Both the position numbers and the translations under genes were made by a program. Under the pieces are notes generated by a model. That model was not told the origin of the DNA. It ran no database searches and saw only the letters and a program-made list of their open reading frames with translations. Positions 17,162 through 24,000 of a stretch of 24,000 nt of DNA are shown here, one piece after another (within the stretch, counting starts at the first letter, position 1; every line of letters starts with the position of its first letter). The DNA is from Nitrospirillum iridis. Its GTDB lineage: Bacteria; Pseudomonadota; Alphaproteobacteria; Azospirillales; Azospirillaceae. The stretch spans positions 112,837 to 136,836 of the forward strand of contig NZ_JACIIZ010000005.1 of NCBI RefSeq assembly GCF_014205765.1, written 5' to 3'.

Positions 17162-17415
17162 AAAGGGGTCCGTGGCGAAGTGGCGGCTACACTAGAGTAC
17201 AAGCCGGACGGGCACAACCATCGTCGGGCCTATCTTCGGGCTATTCCCGTCCTGGTTGGCGCGTCGTCGCCATTGCGATATTCCCCATGTATAGCCTCAG
17301 GGCTACCCCCATGGTCCCCCGGCTTACCCCAACAGGTAATCCGAAAGCGGGCCTTTACCAGGGTAAATCGGCATGGCGCCGAAACAAGGGGCCGGATGCG
17401 GGCGATCCCTGAAAC

Positions 17416-19317
17416 TCAGACCGCCTCGGCGATCCGGTGGCACCAGGCGGCAAGGTCCAGCAAGCGGCGCCGCGTGGGCCCTTTGGCAAGCGCGCCAGCG
17501 GCAACCAGCCGGCGGGCGGAGCGCGCGGCGAAGGCGGAGAGCCTGGCCGGGTCGTCGATCAGACGGCCCACCGCCCGCACCACCAACTCCCCCTGGCGGC
17601 GATGATCGGGCGGCAGGTCCGGCACCGCATGGCGCATGGCGATCAGGGCCCGGCCCACCGCCATGCGGGCCCGCGCCCGCGCCAACGCGTCCCCCCCATC
17701 CGGATCCCATCCCACCAGACGCGCCAGCCGGTGATGATGGCGGTAGTTCCACGCGGCCGTCGCCGGCACCGGCCCCGCCGTCAAGGCGCGCACGCTGGCG
17801 GAAAAGCTGGCCAGCAGGCGCCGCACCTCCCCCCGCCCATCCACCGGCAGAACCAGCCGGTAGGTCGCCACGATCCAGACGGTGGCCATGACGACGGCGC
17901 CGGCGGTGTTGAGATACCCCTGCAAGTCGAACGCCATGGGATTGGTGGGCGCCACCAGGGTCAGGAACAGCATGGGCAGGAAGGTGCCGAAATCCCCGCG
18001 CCCAGGCCGCTGGGACAGCAGTGTGGAGATGAAGATGAGCGGGGCCAGCACGCAGGCCAGCCCCCAGAACTCCGACACCGCCGGCAGCAGCAGGAAGGTG
18101 ACCGGCAGGCCCAGCAGCGCGGCCCACAGGGCGGCGCGGAAAGCCTGGAGGCTGACCGCCCCGGGGTTGGCGCGGCTGGCCAGAAGGGCGCCGAAGACGC
18201 TGGTCCAGCTGACCATGGTGGCGCCGGCCGGCCATTCGGTCGCGACCCAGAAGCCGGCGGCCAAGCCCACGGAGATCAGGGTGCGCAGGGCGGCGATGGC
18301 GGCGCTGCCCCAGGGCCCGTCGGCCGGCTCCGGCAAGGTGAAGGCCAGGGGCCGCGACGGGTCGCGGGCGATCGCCACCTGCACCATCAAGTCCAGCCCG
18401 GTGCCCAGTTGATGGGCCGCCGCCAGCGTCCTGGCATCGCCGGACCGGTGCGCCAGGCGCGTGGCCGCGCGCAGGCGGCGGCGGGCGGCGGCGGCCACCG
18501 TGCGGAAAGCCGCCCCATCGCCCCCGGCCAGATGCTCCAGGCAGGACAGCAGGGGCGCCGTGGCGGCGGGCAGCACCCCCAAGGCCCGCCGCATGGCGTC
18601 GGCATGGTCCAGCAGACCGAACAGGGCGGAGGCCGCCACCCGCGCACCGTCGGCCTGGCGCCGGAAGGCGGCCGACTCCACGGCGGCATAGGTGGCCAGA
18701 TCGTCCAGCCCCTGCAATTCGGCCCACAGTCCCCGGTGCCGGCCGGCACCGTCCCCCTGGCTGACGTCCCGCGCCACCGCGCCGGCCACGGCGGCGGTCA
18801 CCCGCGCGACACGGCTGTCCAGCCGCTGGGCCGCCGTCACCGGCCACACCACGCCCGACACCGCCATCTTGGCCAGCACGCCGACCACGATGGCGGCGAC
18901 GCGGGCGGTGGCGATGTCAAAGGTGCGCAAGGGGTCATCCACCGCGCCCAGGGCCACCAGCGCCAGGGTGTAGCCGGCCAGGACCGCGGCGTAGGACCGG
19001 AAGCGGCGCAGACGGGACGCCAATGCCACACACCCCGCCAGCCAAAGCGCGTAGAGCAGCAGGAAGGCCTCCGGCGACTGGCCGAAGCCCGCCATCAACG
19101 CCAGGGCCGCCCCCGCCCCCACCAAGGTGCCGGCGATGCGCCAGACGCTTTTGGCGATGACGGCGCCGCTCATGGGATGGCTGACGATCAGCACCGTCAC
19201 CGCCGCGGTCTGCGGTCCCTCCAACTGTAACGCGTAGGCGAGGTAGAGGGCCAGCAGGGCGGCCACGGCCGTGCGCAAGGCATGCCCCAAGGCGCCCAGG
19301 CTGGGAAACAGGGACAT
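17416..19317 (-). CDS. FUSC family (AaeB-like aromatic-acid / fusaric-acid resistance) inner-membrane efflux protein
   Basis: LRTAVAALLALYLAYALQLEGPQTAAVTVLIVSHP...AVIAKSVWRIAGTLVGAGAALALMAGF, a second hydrophobic half and a long helical C-terminus resemble E. coli AaeB. The start is uncertain: ATG 19317 (MSLFPSLGALGHALR) fits the family N-terminus. ATG 19407 and the track start 19527 extend into lower-GC, non-coding-looking sequence. Confidence 0.85.
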   Translation of the reverse strand: MSLFPSLGALGHALRTAVAALLALYLAYALQLEGPQTAAVTVLIVSHPMSGAVIAKSVWRIAGTLVGAGAALALMAGFGQSPEAFLLLYALWLAGCVALASRLRRFRSYAAVLAGYTLALVALGAVDDPLRTFDIATARVAAIVVGVLAKMAVSGVVWPVTAAQRLDSRVARVTAAVAGAVARDVSQGDGAGRHRGLWAELQGLDDLATYAAVESAAFRRQADGARVAASALFGLLDHADAMRRALGVLPAATAPLLSCLEHLAGGDGAAFRTVAAAARRRLRAATRLAHRSGDARTLAAAHQLGTGLDLMVQVAIARDPSRPLAFTLPEPADGPWGSAAIAALRTLISVGLAAGFWVATEWPAGATMVSWTSVFGALLASRANPGAVSLQAFRAALWAALLGLPVTFLLLPAVSEFWGLACVLAPLIFISTLLSQRPGRGDFGTFLPMLFLTLVAPTNPMAFDLQGYLNTAGAVVMATVWIVATYRLVLPVDGRGEVRRLLASFSASVRALTAGPVPATAAWNYRHHHRLARLVGWDPDGGDALARARARMAVGRALIAMRHAVPDLPPDHRRQGELVVRAVGRLIDDPARLSAFAARSARRLVAAGALAKGPTRRRLLDLAAWCHRIAEAV

Positions 19318-19470
19318 GACGACGGCGGGGACGGGCCCAGGAAGGGCCACGGGGATGGACAGAGACGGCAAGGGGACGCCCAGGGGCTGAGACGGCGGCC
19401 CGCCCATGAGCGAAACGCCAAGCAGTTCATCGATTATCAGGGTGCACCACGCCCATGCCCACGGTCCAAT

Positions 19471-19494
19471 ATATCGCCCAGTCATTTTCGATAT
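19471..19494. promoter_or_regulatory. Inverted repeat ATATCG-N12-CGATAT in the FUSC / LysR divergent intergenic region (candidate operator)
   Basis: atatcg (19471-19476) and cgatat (19489-19494) are reverse complements. They sit in the relatively AT-rich about 200-bp divergent promoter region. It is not a canonical T-N11-A LysR box. Confidence 0.25.
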
Positions 19495-19519
19495 CCAAAA
19501 CCGACAGGACGCGCGCGCC

Positions 19520-20428
19520 GTGGACATCCGCCATCTGCGCTATTTCACCGCCGTCGCGGAGGAACTGCACTTCACCCGCGCCGCGGAAAAGCTGGGCATC
19601 CGCCAGCCGCCGCTGAGCCAGCAGATTCAGCAGCTGGAGCGGGAGATCGGCAGCCCGCTGTTCCATCGCCTGTCGCGCGGCGTGGAACTGACCGCCGTGG
19701 GCGCGGCCTTCCTTCAGGATGCCAAAGCCATCCTGGCGCAGATCGACCGGGCCCTGGCCTCGGCGCGGGAGGTGGCGCGGGGGGAAAAGGGGCGGCTGCG
19801 CCTGGGCATCAGCATGTCGGTCACGGCCCACCCCTGGGTCGCCCGGCTGATCCGCGACTATCGCGCCCAGCACCCCGGCGTGCAGGTGGCACTGCAACTG
19901 AACGACTTCGGCCAGTTGACCGACGCCGTGCGCGATGGCGCCCTGGACGTGGCCCTGGTGCGGGGCCGGACGGCGGAGATACCGGGCCTCACCCCCTATA
20001 CCGTGGTCGAGGAGAAGCTGATGGCGGCATTGCCCGCCGGCCATCCCCTGGCGGACCGGGACGCCATCGACCTGGCGGAACTGGCGGATGAGGATTTCCT
20101 GCTGATCTCGCGCAGCGCCGGGCCCAATGTCTACGACATCATCATCGCCGCCTGCCGCACGGCGGGTTTCAGCCCGCGCATCGTGCAGGAGGTTCCCGCC
20201 TTCCCGCCGCTGCTGAACCTGGTGGGCGCCGGCCTGGGCGTCGCGCTGGTACCGGACAGCCTGCGGACCATGGGCCTGGAAAGCGCACGCCTGCTCAGCC
20301 TCAAAGGCGGTTACGACTCCGCGCCCATCATGCTGGTCTACCGCACCAACGAAGGCGCCGCCGCCGTGCGCAACCTGGTGGCCCAGGCCCGCCGCGCCGC
20401 CGCGCGCCCCCTCCCCGCCAAGCCCTGA
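19520..20428 (+). CDS. LysR family transcriptional regulator (AaeR-like position, divergent from the FUSC gene)
   Basis: A GTG start at 19520 gives MDIRHLRYFTAVAEELHFTRAAEKLGIRQPPLSQQIQQLEREIGSPLFHRLSRGVELT, the canonical LysR wHTH, followed by a LysR substrate-binding domain. Length 302 aa. The upstream 38 codons of track ORF 19406.. are not part of the family fold. Confidence 0.9.
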   Translation: MDIRHLRYFTAVAEELHFTRAAEKLGIRQPPLSQQIQQLEREIGSPLFHRLSRGVELTAVGAAFLQDAKAILAQIDRALASAREVARGEKGRLRLGISMSVTAHPWVARLIRDYRAQHPGVQVALQLNDFGQLTDAVRDGALDVALVRGRTAEIPGLTPYTVVEEKLMAALPAGHPLADRDAIDLAELADEDFLLISRSAGPNVYDIIIAACRTAGFSPRIVQEVPAFPPLLNLVGAGLGVALVPDSLRTMGLESARLLSLKGGYDSAPIMLVYRTNEGAAAVRNLVAQARRAAARPLPAKP

Positions 20429-20436
20429 GGCGTGTC

Positions 20437-21345
20437 ATGCTGGAACTGAAACTGCTGCGGTCCTTCGTCCTGCTGGCGGAAGAGCTGCATTTCGGCCGGG
20501 CGGCGGAGCGGTTGCACATCGTGCAGCCGGCCTTGACCCAGCAGATCCAATCGCTGGAACGCCAGATCGGCACGCCGCTGCTGAACCGCACCCGTGGGCG
20601 CATCAGCCTGACCGACGCCGGCGCGCTGGTGCTGGCGGAGGCGCGCAAGACGCTGGAGCAGGCGGCGCGCACGGAAGCCATCGGCCGGCTGGCCGGCCGG
20701 GGCGAGGTCGGGCGGCTGGAGATCGGCTATGTCGGGTCCGCCGGCTTGAGCGCGCTGATGCCGGCGCTGCTGCGCGATTTCCGGGGCAGCCACCCGGGCG
20801 TGGATCTGGCCCTGGCGGAAATGGCGGTGGGAAACCAACTGGCGGCGATATCGGCCGGCACCTTGGACCTGGGCTTCATCCGCCTTCCCCCCCTGAGCCT
20901 GCCGTCCGGCATCGCCGTCCTGCCCCTGGCGCCCGAGGGCTTGGTGGTGGCGGTGCCGGCGGACCATCCTCTGGCCGCGCTGGAGGCCGTCCCCGTCGCC
21001 CGCCTGGCGGCGGAGCCGATGGTGCTGCACCATCCGGCCAGCGGGGCGGAGCTGCGCAACCAGATCGACGATCTGTGCCGGCGCCACGGCTTCAGCCCCC
21101 AGGTGGTGCAGGCGGTGCCCCAGGTGGCGCTGACCATCCGCCTGGTGGCGGCGGGCCTGGGCATCTCCCTGGTGCCACAGACCACCACCTGGCTGACGGT
21201 GGCGGGCGTGGTCTACCGCCCCCTGGCCGACGGCGACGCCCGCTATGAACTGGCGCTGGCCTATCGCCAGGACGACCCGGCGCCGGCGGTGCGCGCCTTC
21301 CTGGCCCTGGCCGAAAAGGTGGTCCACCCTAACAACGGCATTTGA
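20437..21345 (+). CDS. LysR family transcriptional regulator (second, tandem copy)
   Basis: MLELKLLRSFVLLAEELHFGRAAERLHIVQPALTQQIQSLERQIGTPLLNRTRGRISLT plus a substrate-binding domain. Length 302 aa. The ATG is 8 nt after the previous stop, and GAGG overlaps that stop. Confidence 0.9.
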   Translation: MLELKLLRSFVLLAEELHFGRAAERLHIVQPALTQQIQSLERQIGTPLLNRTRGRISLTDAGALVLAEARKTLEQAARTEAIGRLAGRGEVGRLEIGYVGSAGLSALMPALLRDFRGSHPGVDLALAEMAVGNQLAAISAGTLDLGFIRLPPLSLPSGIAVLPLAPEGLVVAVPADHPLAALEAVPVARLAAEPMVLHHPASGAELRNQIDDLCRRHGFSPQVVQAVPQVALTIRLVAAGLGISLVPQTTTWLTVAGVVYRPLADGDARYELALAYRQDDPAPAVRAFLALAEKVVHPNNGI

Positions 21346-21366
21346 TCGTGACCGGTCAAATGCCGT
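21335..21366 (+). terminator. Long hairpin overlapping the stop codon of the second LysR gene
   Basis: acggcatttga (21335-21345) pairs with tcaaatgccgt (21356-21366). Three further inner pairs close on a 4-nt loop. No U-tract follows. Confidence 0.4.
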
Positions 21367-21464
21367 CCCTCAATCGCCGGGCGCGACCATCCGGTCGCTT
21401 GGCTTCCTTGCTTTCCAGTCCGCTCCGCTCCCCGGAAAGCTCCGGCGCCCGCAGTCGCGGGCTA

Positions 21465-21495
21465 CAGCGGCACGAGTCGGAATCTCGTGCCGCTG
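21465..21495 (-). terminator. Perfect 12-bp hairpin just downstream of the outer-membrane-factor gene
   Basis: cagcggcacgag (21465-21476) and ctcgtgccgctg (21484-21495) are exact reverse complements with a 7-nt loop. It lies 8 nt past the TAG stop (21503-21505) of the minus-strand OMF gene, in a convergent intergenic region. No clear U-tract on either strand. Confidence 0.5.
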
Positions 21496-21502
21496 GTATT
21501 GG

Positions 21503-22933
21503 CTAGTCCCCTTCCTTGCCGTCGAGATCCACGCCCTGCCAGCCGCCACCCAGCGCCTTGTACAGGGTGATGACGTGTTCCACCCGCGCCAGGCGGCTTT
21601 CCGCCTCGCGGTCCTCCGCCTGGTAGGCTTGGCGCTCGCTGTCCAGCACCTTCAGGAAGTCGGTCAGGCCGGCGCCGTAAAGCCGCGTGGCATGGTCCAG
21701 CGCCTGGGCCGCGTCGTCGCGGGCGGCGGCCAAGGTCTGCTGCCGCCGGGTTTCCGTCTGATAGTTGACCAGCGCGTCCTCCACATCGCGCAGCGCCTCC
21801 TTCACCGTGCGCTCATACCCGATGCGGGCGGCCTCGGCCTCCGCCTTGGCCATGGTCACGCGGGCGTCGTCGCGGCCGCCATTGTAGAGGGGCCCCGTCA
21901 CCTGGGCGCCCAGGGAATAGGTCAGGCTGGCCAAGCTGAACAGTTTGCCCAAATCCGCCGCCTGGGGCATCAGGGTCAGGGGGATGGCGAAATGGGGCAG
22001 CGAGGCGGCCATGGCGACGCCGATGCGGGCGTTGGCGGCGGCATAGCGCCGGTCCGCCCGGCGGATGTCGGGGCGGTTGGCCACCACCTCCGACGGCAGG
22101 GACACCGGCAGGCTGGCCGGCACGGTCAGCGGCGGGGCCGGCCGGGACAGGTCCGCCTCCAGGTCGCCCGGATAACGGCCCAGCAGGATGGCCAGGGCGT
22201 GGCTCATACGCGCCACCATGGCCTCCAGGGGCGGCGCCGCGGCCTGCACCGTTTCCAGCTGCGCCTTGGCTTGCGAGACGTCCAGCAGGGTGCCCAGGCC
22301 GCGCTGATAGGCGCGTTGCGCCAGGTCCAGGGCCTTGGCCGCGACGGTGATGTTATGGCGCGCGATCTCCAGCCGCAGCTGGGCCGCGCGCAGGCGGGCG
22401 TAGTCGGTCGCCACCTCCGCCAACAGGCTGACCAGCACGGCGCGCCGCCCCTCCTCCGTCGCCGCGATATCGGCGTCGGCCGCCTCCACCGCCCGCCGGG
22501 TGCCACCGAAGACGTCGATCTCCCACGTCGCGTCCAGCTCCGCCTGCCAGGTATGGTAGCTGCCGATACCCGCCGGCCAATCCACGCTCTCACTCGATCG
22601 TTGCAAGGCCGGATCGATGCCGAGGCGGACGTCGGGCAGATCGGCGGCATGAGCGACGACCCGGGCCGCCCGCGCCTGCACCAGGCGCTGGCGGGCGATC
22701 TTCAGATCCTCGTTGCCGGCGATGGCCGCCTGGACCAGGCGGCTGAGGGTGGGGTCCTGGAAACTGTCCCACCAGGCCCGCATGGCCTCGACACCGGCGG
22801 CGGGCGGCAGCGCCTCGGTCCAGCCTTGGGGCAGGTCGTCCATCGCCACCGGCTTGTAGTCGGGACCGGCGACGGTGCAGGCGGAAAGGCAGCCGCCCAG
22901 GAGGAGCGCCATCAGGATTTCGCGGCGGATCAT
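21503..22933 (-). CDS. Efflux outer-membrane factor lipoprotein, NodT family
   Basis: MIRREILMALLLGGCLSACTVAGPDYKP has a lipobox followed by the GPDY(K/R)P motif typical of NodT/OprM-type OMFs. Length 476 aa, with two repeated TolC-like halves. The ATG is 1 nt after the upstream gene's stop. Confidence 0.9.
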   Translation of the reverse strand: MIRREILMALLLGGCLSACTVAGPDYKPVAMDDLPQGWTEALPPAAGVEAMRAWWDSFQDPTLSRLVQAAIAGNEDLKIARQRLVQARAARVVAHAADLPDVRLGIDPALQRSSESVDWPAGIGSYHTWQAELDATWEIDVFGGTRRAVEAADADIAATEEGRRAVLVSLLAEVATDYARLRAAQLRLEIARHNITVAAKALDLAQRAYQRGLGTLLDVSQAKAQLETVQAAAPPLEAMVARMSHALAILLGRYPGDLEADLSRPAPPLTVPASLPVSLPSEVVANRPDIRRADRRYAAANARIGVAMAASLPHFAIPLTLMPQAADLGKLFSLASLTYSLGAQVTGPLYNGGRDDARVTMAKAEAEAARIGYERTVKEALRDVEDALVNYQTETRRQQTLAAARDDAAQALDHATRLYGAGLTDFLKVLDSERQAYQAEDREAESRLARVEHVITLYKALGGGWQGVDLDGKEGD

Positions 22934-22934
22934 G

Positions 22935-23882
22935 TCAGATCCTCGATTCCAGCCGGGCCAGGGCGCGGTCCAGCAGGCTCCGGGGCCGCCCGGCCTCCTC
23001 CCCCACCGACACGGTGCAGGTCATGCCGGCGGCCAGGACGATGCCCGCCGGGACGGCGTCGATGCGCACCCGCACGGGGATGCGCTGGGCCAGCCGCACC
23101 CAGGTGAAGACTGGGTTCACGTCCTGCAGGCCATAGGCGTTGGGGGCGCTGTTGCGGTCGTTGATGCCGCGGGCGATGGTCTCGACATGACCGGCCAGGG
23201 GGCTGGCATAGCCCATCAGCTTGATGCGGGCGGGGTCGCCCTCCTGGATGCGGGCCAGCTTGGTCTCCTCGAAATAGCCCGAGATCCAGAAGCTGTCGGT
23301 GTCGATGACCGCCACCCGGGGCTGGCCCACGGTGGCGTAGTCGCCCACCCGCAAGCGCAGATTGGTGACGTAGCCATTGACCGGCGCGCGGATGACGGAC
23401 CGCTCCAGGTTCAGGTTCGCCAGGTCCAGCGCCGCCGCCGCCGCGTCCAACTGGGCCGAGGCCACGCTGGCGGTGCTGCGGAAACGTTCCTGTTCGGCAT
23501 CCGACACCACGCCCGCCAACCCCTGGCGGCGCTGGGCGTCGCTGCGCTTCAGCGCCTGTTCGTCCCGGGCGGCGGCGACGGCGGCCCGGGCCTGGGCCTG
23601 GGCAATGCGAAAGCGCACGGGGTCGATGACGAACAGCACGTCGCCCTTGCGCACCAACTGGTTATCGTGGACGGGAATGTCGACGATGGTGCCCGCCACC
23701 TCCGGCGCCACGTCCACCACCTCCGCCCGCACGCGGCCGTCCCGCGTCCACGGCGCCAGCATGTAGCGCTGCCACAGGGCGCCGATCAGCAGGATGGCCA
23801 GCGCCACCATGGCCAGGGTGGCGGCCCCCCGGCCCAGGGCCCGCAGCAGGGGCCACCGGGCATTCAGCCAACCCGCCCTCAT
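22935..23882 (-). CDS. HlyD-family membrane-fusion/adaptor protein, AaeA-like
   Basis: APWTRDGRVRAEVVDVAPEVAGTIVDIPVHDNQLVRKGDVLFVIDP...LERSVIRAPVNGYVTNL...FTWVRLAQRIPVRVRID aligns by eye along its length with E. coli AaeA ([38 protein letters not shown]...LERTVIRAPADGWVTNL...LEWVRLAQRVPVRIRLD). Confidence 0.9.
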   Translation of the reverse strand: MRAGWLNARWPLLRALGRGAATLAMVALAILLIGALWQRYMLAPWTRDGRVRAEVVDVAPEVAGTIVDIPVHDNQLVRKGDVLFVIDPVRFRIAQAQARAAVAAARDEQALKRSDAQRRQGLAGVVSDAEQERFRSTASVASAQLDAAAAALDLANLNLERSVIRAPVNGYVTNLRLRVGDYATVGQPRVAVIDTDSFWISGYFEETKLARIQEGDPARIKLMGYASPLAGHVETIARGINDRNSAPNAYGLQDVNPVFTWVRLAQRIPVRVRIDAVPAGIVLAAGMTCTVSVGEEAGRPRSLLDRALARLESRI

Positions 23883-24000
23883 AGCAGCACCAGGCCGGAC
23901 AACAGGATGGAAAACAAGGCGGCCTCGAACAAGGCGGGGTGCCAGACCACGCGCCAGAAGCCCAAGGCGCCCAACAGGCCGCGCAGGGCCAGGAACAGGG
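23879..24000 (-). CDS. DUF1656 (AaeX-like) small membrane protein, partial (5' end beyond window)
   Basis: My translation of the minus strand ends ...LFLALRGLLGALGFWRVVWHPALFEAALFSILLSGLVLL*. Compare the E. coli AaeX C-terminus ...[27 protein letters not shown]. The stop TGA overlaps the ATG of the adaptor gene (ATGA). Confidence 0.6.
   Translation of the reverse strand, partial: LFLALRGLLGALGFWRVVWHPALFEAALFSILLSGLVLL

Noticed and set aside
17162-17415. Search for a CtrA box (TTAA-N7-TTAA) and GANTC methylation sites upstream of divK
   Set aside because: I found no match. The TTACC/GGTAA elements are inverted rather than direct repeats and have the wrong spacing, and I saw no GANTC in this interval.
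17324-19230. ORFs 17437..19230 (+, 597 aa) and 17324..18847 (-, 507 aa, alternative frame) overlapping the FUSC gene
   Set aside because: Only the 17416..19317 frame gives hydrophobic TM-rich FUSC-like sequence. The others are Arg/Gly/Pro-rich artefacts.
19318-19527. N-terminal extensions of the FUSC ORF (to 19527) and of the LysR ORF (from 19406)
   Set aside because: The two extensions overlap each other in the lower-GC divergent intergenic region. Both families' conserved N-termini start later (MSLFPSLG... and MDIRHLRYF...).
21245-23107. 620-aa plus-strand ORF antisense to the OMF and adaptor genes
   Set aside because: It is a shadow ORF. It spans two real minus-strand genes and an intergenic terminator region, and has low-complexity R/G/Q/H composition.
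1-24000. Scan for CRISPR repeats, tRNA/rRNA genes, IS elements, integrases, phage genes or known defence-system signatures
   Set aside because: I recognised none. No spaced direct-repeat arrays, no cloverleaf-like conserved tRNA motifs in intergenic regions, and no transposase, integrase or nuclease-ATPase type ORFs. The only mobile-looking signal is the compositional islet at 10581-11232.

Overview
High-GC stretch of alphaproteobacterial-type chromosome, mostly housekeeping or core-accessory genes. I found no CRISPR array, tRNA, rRNA, transposase or integrase. Gene order, left to right: a partial DUF1311/LprI-like secreted protein (-); a hypothetical membrane protein whose stop overlaps dprA; dprA-topA-rnr (+); a VOC/glyoxalase-fold gene; a DUF983 gene; an S41 peptidase lipoprotein; a lower-GC two-gene cassette on the minus strand (a 67-aa RebB 'killing trait'-like micro-protein plus a 141-aa C-x-CC protein of unknown family); rpmG; a GT25 glycosyltransferase convergent with an 814-aa dual-domain GT2 glycosyltransferase; the divK-pleD cell-cycle operon (-); and a rearranged AaeXAB/fusaric-acid-type efflux locus. 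That locus reads FUSC pump (-), two tandem LysR regulators (+), then NodT outer-membrane factor, AaeA-like HlyD adaptor and AaeX-like DUF1656 (-). The best candidate for something undescribed is the low-GC RebB-like/C-x-CC cassette at 10581-11232, but my support is limited to a short remembered N-terminal motif, operon structure and composition. Other points: the ORF-track start of the GT25 gene encloses a strong intrinsic terminator for rpmG; topA carries a Lys/Ala-rich histone-H1-like tail; divK is about 57% GC against about 70-77% in pleD; the efflux genes are split by the regulator pair. The many long antisense or alternative-frame ORFs in the track are typical high-GC shadow ORFs and are rejected.
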